From Caulobacterales bacterium (GTDB lineage: Bacteria > Pseudomonadota > Alphaproteobacteria > Caulobacterales > Aquidulcibacteraceae), in the NCBI GenBank assembly GCA_040510175.1, contig JBEVJO010000340.1:1-38171 (forward strand): a stretch of DNA of 38,171 nucleotides. Direction: 5' to 3'. The notes beneath the pieces were generated by a model. It was given only the letters and a program-made list of their open reading frames with translations. It had not been told where the DNA came from and searched no databases. The position numbers and the translations under genes were made by a program. Of the stretch, positions 18,201-25,400 are shown in pieces (position 1 is the first letter of the stretch; every line of letters starts with the position of its first letter).

Positions 18201-19426
18201 CGCGCGGGATCATACTCACACGAGATGCGCCAACCCTCAGGCCGGCCAATCATGAAGAAGCTGAGATCGTAAAGCGCCCCCGCCGAATGAGACGGCAGGT
18301 CAATGAGATTGATATTCCCATAGCGCGCATTTTCGATGAATGAGCGCTGCACGATCAGATTGGTCTGGTAGGGCCGTGCGGAGGCTTCAAAGGGCGCCGT
18401 TTGATGTGCCAGAGCTTCGCGCACATAGGCGCCGATACGCTTGAGAAGAACGCGGAGACTTGGATTGCCGCTCGCATCGAGGTTCAGCAAAAGCGTATTG
18501 GCGAGCGGCCCGACGATATTTTCCAAATCGACGACGTCGCGGCCCGCCACTTGGGTGCCGATGACGACTTGATCGCTATCGGATCGCGCACGAAGAACCA
18601 GAGCCAACGCCGCCGCAGCAGCGCTGAACATCGAAACCCCCGTCAATTTGCATTCGCGCTCCAGGCCTGCCGTGACGCTTTCCGGCAGCAGCATCGAGAC
18701 GATCGGCGCGGCGTTGTCCTGAGGCGGCGAAACGGGATCGTATGGAATCGCGGCTAATGGAGCGTTAGCGCTCTGCTGCCGCCAATAATCGAGATCCGCA
18801 TCGAACGCGCTGCCGGCGAGGCATTCGTTCTGCCACAGAGAATAGTCGACATACTGCAACGGTAATTCGGGCAGGCGTGCCGCATGGCCAGATGCGCGAG
18901 CTTCGATGACGGTTCCAAGTTCGCGCGCAAGTACGCCGATCGACCATCCATCGCTGATCATGCCATGCAAAGTGACAAGAAGGATTGCGCAATCTGGCCG
19001 CAGCACCAAAAGCGTGGCGCGCCATGGCGGTTCGGCGTGCAAATCAAAACCGGTCCGTGCTTCCTTTTCGCCGATGGCGATCGCCTGCGGCTCCCGCTCC
19101 TCGATCGCAAAGCGCGTGAGGTCAACGATGCCAAAGGCGGGCTGATGGCCTTGCCGGACGCGCTGCATCAACTTGCCGCCGGTCATTGTGAAAAGTGTGC
19201 GCAATGATTCATGACGCGCCGTCAGGACATCAAATGCGGCGCGGATCGACGCCGGATCAATTGGGCCTTCGAGGCGCCAGCGGACGGCGACATTCCGCGC
19301 CGCGCTTGCCGGATTTAACTGCTCTTCGCGCCACAAGCGCAGTTGAATAGGCGACGCTGGAAAGTCCGCGAAGTCCGGGCTGGGATCGGCATGGCCTAAG
19401 GGATCGGCGTCGGCGCGAGTGGTCAT
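15266..19426 (-). CDS. NRPS termination protein: C - C - (A C-terminal subdomain remnant) - PCP - TE
   Basis: 1386-aa ORF. The ATGA overlap at 19423-19426 couples it to the upstream megasynthase. Domain motifs are listed in the sub-features. Confidence 0.92.
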   Translation of the reverse strand: MTTRADADPLGHADPSPDFADFPASPIQLRLWREEQLNPASAARNVAVRWRLEGPIDPASIRAAFDVLTARHESLRTLFTMTGGKLMQRVRQGHQPAFGIVDLTRFAIEEREPQAIAIGEKEARTGFDLHAEPPWRATLLVLRPDCAILLVTLHGMISDGWSIGVLARELGTVIEARASGHAARLPELPLQYVDYSLWQNECLAGSAFDADLDYWRQQSANAPLAAIPYDPVSPPQDNAAPIVSMLLPESVTAGLERECKLTGVSMFSAAAAALALVLRARSDSDQVVIGTQVAGRDVVDLENIVGPLANTLLLNLDASGNPSLRVLLKRIGAYVREALAHQTAPFEASARPYQTNLIVQRSFIENARYGNINLIDLPSHSAGALYDLSFFMIGRPEGWRISCEYDPARFSEDTALTLLAAWRAAFESFVEAPQMRLHALDPDIKPVRADDAALFPCTPPQVRCWFLDQLNPGSPALNIPIAWELRGPLASKHLETALKIIISRHEILRTRIIAQETGPAQQIADAVEFKLDRVDLSHLPADALQTEIHKLRRAFAQAPFDLTVPPLMRAMLVRTSASISHLIVVFHQSVFDGWSIRVFATELGSLLHTLREGRTPDLPPLHLQYADFAVAQQARLKSAAFEESRDYWLSHLADAPYFEVSPDHPRAASRTTQSAIASDKLSGALAARLDAAAQTLGVTTFAFGCATVGAALQAFTRENDIVIGTQAAARGEVDEEALIGVFINNLVLRLRPSATGSLADCVFDANERVTAALAHQDMPFDHLVELLKPPRDPSRTPLIAVNVVVRRTFLEAARFGDLEFVAAAPATSTDALYDLSFELVGVQDEWRLHIEYNTSLYATSTIEQLLSLWRRVIENAIIDPAVRLSTFTTERDRSAAQISNPLDDPAAALIADVLRASGQVEDVVVRLQPGLTGAEFYRAMVTPHPDVTISLERLPDALLNALRDNAATADAQIDISVYLRLPKSADGAIAWPNRQPTRPATPAATTSPAQRPEPQHANAEKTIAGIWASLLRVADVNPEDNFFELGGYSLLALRMLADVKKQLGWAPNVAVLFREPTLRAFARHAVTHSPIASREQHTAPASDPLPEGGANAEIFEIQPFGDKTPIIAINNTVIYYNLAQRIGVDRPFIGIQMYDPEQPRELAFQTLETIASSFVDAIRRVRPSGPYILLGLCVSGAIALEVAQQLRRAGEDVPLIIQADATSPNYLRAAPRGRRFLHSMIYRLRVAGRHIARVAKGEISLSYVLGSYQIFNRAGLTPLLIRLGWLKQSDLGEAWSNLWFQPMLEEARRHYVPRRYDGDVAVFLSDEVGAEFLDPDLGWRRHVTGELVVARAPGWHAEIFIGKGADIIAETLRPMLEAIDGVKALR
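15287..16093 (-). other. Thioesterase domain with Cys at the nucleophile-elbow position (GLCVSG)
   Basis: Type I TE-like alpha/beta fold. The elbow at nt 15839-15856 translates to GLCVSG where GxSxG is expected. Candidate Asp is in LIIQADATS and candidate His in APGWHAEIF. Confidence 0.75.
16172..16372 (-). other. Peptidyl carrier protein domain
   Basis: IAGIWASLLRVADVNPEDNFFELGGYSLLALRM, with the phosphopantetheine Ser at residue 1049. Confidence 0.85.
16442..16714 (-). other. Orphan remnant of an adenylation-domain C-terminal subdomain (A8-A10 region) without an A core
   Basis: aa about 905-995: IADVLRASGQVEDVVVRL..AEFYRAMV...LPDALLNAL...YLRLPKSADGAIAWPN. This mirrors the A-sub pattern (IE..L...V.eaaV.. 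/ LP.YM.P / LP.T.NGK.DR). The A10 Lys is lost and no A1-A7 motifs occur anywhere in this protein. Confidence 0.6.
16772..18064 (-). other. Condensation domain 2, non-canonical active site HQSVFDG
   Basis: C1-like motif TPPQVRCWFLDQL is present. The core motif at nt 17648-17668 translates to HQSVFDG, so the second His is replaced by Gln. Confidence 0.8.
18107..19363 (-). other. Condensation domain 1, non-canonical active site HGMISDG
   Basis: C1 motif SPIQLRLW is present. The core motif at nt 18947-18967 translates to HGMISDG, so the second His of HHxxxDG is Gly. I verified this by reverse-complementing the nucleotides. Confidence 0.8.
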
Positions 19427-22400
19427 GTCGGCCGGTTCCGGCGACCGCCGCTGCGGAATGCGGCCAGAGACGGCGCGTCAGCAACAGTGCGTTGATCTGA
19501 GCGTGCAGCAGATGCGATCGCCGCCAGCGCCGCGATGCTGGGATTCTGCAGAACATCTTTTGCTTTTAACGGCAAGCCGCGTTCGGCCATGCGCGCGGCA
19601 ATCCGGAAGAGGTGGATCGAGTCAGCGCCGAGCGCAAACAGGCTGTCGGTGGTGCTGATTTCGCGAACGCCGAGAACATCGCTCCATATCTCCAGCAGCG
19701 TTTCTTCCATAGAATTGACGGGCAGAACCCGATCGCGCGCCGGCTCATTTTCCAAATTCGGATTCGGCAGCGCTTTGCGGTCTAGCTTTCCGTTGCCGGT
19801 CATGGGCATGCGCGCAAGCGCGACCCACGCCGTGGGGCACATATAATCTGGCAGCTGCGAGCGCAAATGCAGCGCCAGATCGCTCGTTGCGGGCGCAGCG
19901 CCGGGCGCTGGAACATAATAGCCGACGAGGCGCGCTTCACCTGTCGCGCCGTCGCGCAAGGCGACCGCAGCCTCCGAGACGCCGGAGGCTGCACGAAGCA
20001 GAGTTTCGATCTCTTCCAGCTCGATACGAAAGCCGCGCAGTTTGATCTGCTGATCGGCGCGCCCAAGATGTTGAATGCGCCCGTCAGGAAGCCGCCGCGC
20101 GATGTCGCCGGTATTATACAGCCGTCGCGGCGCCGCGCCGTTCAGCGAGATAAATCGAAACGCGGCGTCCGTTAGATCGCGCCGGCCAAAATAGCCTTTC
20201 GCCAGGCCTTCGCCGCCAATATACAAAAGACCCGGCGCGCCCAACGGGCATAACTGGTCATTCGAATCCAGAATATGCAATTGCGTATTGGCGATCGGCT
20301 CGCCGATGGTGATGAGTCCCGGGCCGACCCGCGAAACAGATGACCATATCGTCGTTTCTGTCGGACCATACATATTCCACAGTTCGGCGTCCGGCGCGCT
20401 TGTAAGGCTGTCCGCGAGGTCGCGCGGCAGAGGCTCGCCTCCGCACAGCATTTTGAGCGAGCGCGAAGGCTTGAACCCCGCCTCGAGCAATATCCGCCAC
20501 AAAGACGGAGTGGCTTGCAGCATGGTTGCGCGGTGCTTGTTGATCAGGTCCAGCAAGCCGAACCCGCTCCGCACATCATCCCTGTTCGCGATGACCACAC
20601 GCGCGCCGAGGACCAGCGGCAAGAAGAGTTCCAGCGCCGCAATGTCAAAGGACACGGTGGTGACCGCCACGATGCAATCGTTGGCGTTACAGCCTGGCTT
20701 GCGCGCCATGGAGGCGAGGAAGTTCGTCAAAGCGCGATGCGGCACCTCGACTCCTTTCGGCTCACCGGTCGAGCCGGAGGTAAAGATGACATAGGCGATT
20801 GCCCCCTCGCCTAAGGCAACGGCCGCGCCAGTTTTGTCTTCGGAATCGATCAGCGCGCGATCGCGGTCCAGACTGACGACAATGGACGCATCAGGCGCAA
20901 TGGGAAGCGCCCGGTCATTGTGGCATACAAGCGCCGACACTTGCGCGGTCGCGAGTACGTGGCGCAGGCGCTCCGGCGGATGATCGATGTCGAGCGGAAC
21001 GTAAGCGTGCCCAGCTTTCAGTACGCCCAGCATCGACGCCAGCAAGTCCAGCGAGCGATCCAGGGCGATTGCAACGCGCTTGCCCGAGCCGGGCACACGG
21101 CGCGCGAGATAGCGTGCGAATTGATTGGCGCGCGCGTCAAGGTCGGCATAGGTGAATGCCTGCGCGCCGGCGATCGCCGCGATTGCGTGCGGCGTTCTGC
21201 GGGCCTGCACCTCGAAAAGACGGTGCAATGGCAGATCCGTGAATTCGGTCTGCGTGTGATTGAGCGTTTCCACCATCCACGACCGTTCGTCGCGCGATAG
21301 CAGGTTGAGGGATTGGATCGGCTGAGTCAGGTCTTCAACGAAGCTTTCAAGAATGGTCCGATAATGGCCCATCCAGCGCTCGATCGTTGCAGCATCAAAA
21401 ATATCGCCGTTGAAGTCGCAATCGATGCGCAGCCCTTCGCTGGATTCAGCGACATTGAAGAACAGATCGAAATTCGACGCAGCCTTAGGGTTGGGTCGAA
21501 CGCGCGCCGTCAAATTCTCAAGCTTGAGATCGCCGCCAAATTTTTCGAAGTTAAACTGCACTTCGGTGAGCGGCAGACGATTGATGTCGCGCGGAACCTT
21601 CAAATCGCGCACCAGCGTGCCGAACGTGTAAGACTGATGATCGAAGGCGCGCAGCAGCGCTTGTTTGACTTTCTCGAGGTGATCAGCGACGGGCGCCGCC
21701 GGATCAAAACCGACGCGAACGGGCAGCAAATTGACGCAATGTCCGACCAGGCCCGCGTCTTCCTCCAGGCTTTGCCCAGCCGTCGGGACCGCGACGACAA
21801 CGTCGCTATGGTTCGCCAGCCGGCCGATCAGAATCTGGAACGCCGTGAAGAGCGTCGCGAACGGCGTGCAACCTCGCTGAGCGCCGGCCTTTTTGATTTT
21901 CCGGGTCAGGATTTCATCGATGAAGGCGGTGCTGGTGGCGCCGTCATAGGTGCGAACTTGCGGACGCGCGCGATCGGCTGGCAAATCCGGCAACGCCGGA
22001 ATGTCTAAATATTGACCTGCCCAGAAGCTTTGGGCGCTGCGCGTATCGGCGGTTTGTTGAGCCTGCGCCAATGCATAGGCGCGATATTGCGGCGCCGGCG
22101 GCAGACCGGCCGCAAGACCGGCCAAGCGCGCGTCATAGCACGCGGCGAGTTCGCTGATCACCACGCCCGCGGACCAACCATCGAACACGATATGATGGGC
22201 GCTGAAGCAAAGAACGTGCGCGTTGTCGCCAAGTCGGACGACAAAGGCGCGGACCAATGGTCCATTGACCAAGTCGAATGGCGTTCTAGCGTCGTCCGCC
22301 AATATATCGGCCAGCGCGTCTTCGCCGCCGCTTGCGCTGACGTCCACCGAGCCTAGCTCAAGCTCAAGCTGCGGGCGCACAAACATCTGCTCGCCGGTTT

Positions 22401-25400
22401 CACCGAAATAAGCGCGCAAAGCGTCGTGCCGCGCCACGAGGTCATTCACGGCGTCTTCAAGCGCGCGCACATTGAGCAGGCCGTCAAGTTCAAGACGAAA
22501 TGATTCATTGAAGGCGCAGGAGGCGGTGTCGCCCATCTGCGCCGCCAGCCAGACTTCCTTCTGCATTTCGGTAAGTGGCGCCTGCCACGGCAGATCGGCG
22601 ACTGGCGCCGTGATTAACGCTGCTATTTCCGCCGCAGGCGCCAAACTAGCGTCTATGCTGTGTGCGCCCAAGATGCCGACGCTCTGCAAGGCATCCAGCG
22701 CTTCGCCGAAGACTGTTTCGATGCGTTGAAAATCGGCGTCGGAATGCGCCGTGGTGATGAAGCAGGGAAAGCCTTCTTGGATGTTTACCCCGAGTGATCG
22801 GGCATACAAATAGAAAAGGCTCCCGAGCGCATCTTCGGCGCCGAAGTTCAGCATGAACCAGGACGAGAACGTTTCAGCGCGTGTTTTGACGCCGCGATCC
22901 GCGAACAGCGCATTCAGCCGGTCAACCAGTTGGCGGGTGCGCGCTTCCAGGCCCTGCTGGAGCGCTGCGCCTTGAGTCTCCAAATGCGTGAGGACAGCTT
23001 GAGCCGCCGCCACAACAAGCGGATGGCGCACAAAGGTTCCGGCGAAGAATATCGGCGCGACTTCAGGCACGCTGTCATCGCCGAACTGCCAGGCGCCGCC
23101 GTCGAGCGCATCCATATAAGCGGGCGTGCCGGCAAGAATGCCGATGGGCATCCCGCCGCCGATCACTTTGCCGTAGGTCGCCATGTCGGCCTTGATGCCC
23201 CACAGCGCTTGCATGCCGCCGGGATGGGTTCGGAAACCGGTCACCACCTCATCAAAAACAAGGGCCGCGCCGTTGGCTGCGGTGATCGCCCTAAGTTCTT
23301 TCAGGAATTCAACGGGACGCAATTCCGGATGGCGGCTTTGCACCGGCTCGACAATAATTGCGGCGAGCGTCTCCGCGTTGTCCCGAATCCAGGACAGGCT
23401 TTCGCTTTCGCCGTAGCCGAGCACGACCATGTTGCTGACCGCGCTGGCTGGAATTCCGGCGGAGATCGGCAACGCGCGGGGCGGCGCGCCACGGCGGGCG
23501 CCTTTCACCAGCACTTCATCGAACTGGCCGTGATAGTCATTGGAGAAAACCACAACGGTTTCGCGGCCGCTGACGGCGCGCGCGACACGCATCGCGGCCA
23601 TGACAGCTTCCGAGCCTGTGTTGCAGAAGGTCACCCGCTCCAGACCGACCATTTTGGCGATCCGGCGCGCAACGTCACCGGCGGCATCGCTTTGCGGACC
23701 AATCGGGAAGCCTTTCGTCAATTGCTCCTGGAGGGCTTCGACGACAAAGTCGGGGCTGTGGCCGAACGCCGTCTGCCCATAGCCATTAACGAGATCGATG
23801 TAGGAGTTGCCGTCCAGGTCCCAGATTGTCGACCCTTTGGCGCGTGACGCCACGATCGGGAAAATCGCGTTCTTCCACTCGGCTCTGAAACCGGACACCG
23901 AGCGTGGGTCGGCCAGATGCGGGCGATGCTCCGCCGCATAAGATTTCGACTTCGGCATCTGCTCCGACACGCGTGCCACCAGCGCGTCGACAAACGACTT
24001 CTGGGCCGGCGTCAGGGTTTCGGTTCGCGCGTTCTTATCGAACATGCGGAAACGCGAAGGCTGCCCGTCGGCATTCGGCGCGGCGGCCGCCGGAATGGCT
24101 GAGATCGCGGCCGGCGCAGGCGCTACAGCTGCAGGCTGTGCTTGCTGGCTTTGGGCTGAAGGACTTTCGCGGCGGCCGCCGAGCGCATCGAGCTGCCGGT
24201 CCATCAAATTCTGCATCGCGCTGAGTTGCGCCTGGAAAATCGCCAGCATGTCGCCACCCGCCGCTATTGGGGCAAGCGGCGCGGAGGCTGCGGGTGCTGC
24301 AACAACTGGCGCCGCGCTGACTTGAGCGATGGGCGCTTCGATTTGCGCAACGGGATCTGCGGGCATCGCCGCATCGAGAAAATCCGCGAGCGACGCGATA
24401 TCCGGATAGTCGCCGAGCAGCTGACGGAACGTGATCTTTATCTTGAAATGCTTTTGAATCTGCTGCGCGACCTGGCCGAGAAAGAGCGAGTCAAAGCCGA
24501 ACTCCAGATAGGGCGTGGTCCATTCCGTATCGGCGATCGGCTCGCCTGAGAGGCCCTCAATGATCCGCGCAATATCCGCACAGAGGCGCGTGGTCCGCTG
24601 CCCGGATTTTGTTGCAGGCGAAGGCGGGGCGCTCTCACTCATTTCGGGCATGGATAAATCCGCTGGAGGCATTGGTTGCTGAAGCGTCGCAGGATCGCGC
24701 GGTTCTGGGCTCTTGGCGGCGGCGCTGGACGATGTTTTTGGCGCCTCGATCCAATAGCTGCGACGTTCAAAGGGATAGGTCGGCAGACTCGACAACCGGG
24801 GCGCGCTCGATGCCGGCCAGCGAACCGGCGCGCCGCTGGTCCAAAGCCGGGCCGTCGCCTCGGCAAAAACACGATCTTCGTCTGACGCGTTGGAAAACTC
24901 AGGAAGGGAGGCGATAACGCAATCGTAGCTGGCCTTGCTGAGCCCTTGCATCGCAAACGTCGAAAGCGTGCGTCCGGGTCCCACTTCCAGCAGGACAGGC
25001 CGCGTGTCCGCGACCAATCGCGCCAACGCATCGGCAAAACGCACAGGCTCACGGCAATGCAGGGTCCAATACGATTTCGAGGTCAGCAGGTCCTGAGTCG
25101 CCCAATCCCCGGTTACGCATGAGACAAACGGAATATTGGGAGCATGCAACTTCATGCCGTTCGCATGAATCGCGAGCGCGGCGACCACGTCATCCATCAT
25201 CGAAGAATGAAATGCGTGCGAGGTATGTAGCCTGCGATGTTGAATATCGCGCTGGTTGAGCGCGCGCTCGAAAGCAGCGATGCGGGGGAAGTCGCCTGCG
25301 ACCACGCAAAGCGACGGGGCATTGATGGCTGCGATGTCCAGACCCTCGTCAAGCAGCGCCTTTAGCGCCGACTCGGACGTCCGCACGGCCAGCATGGCGC

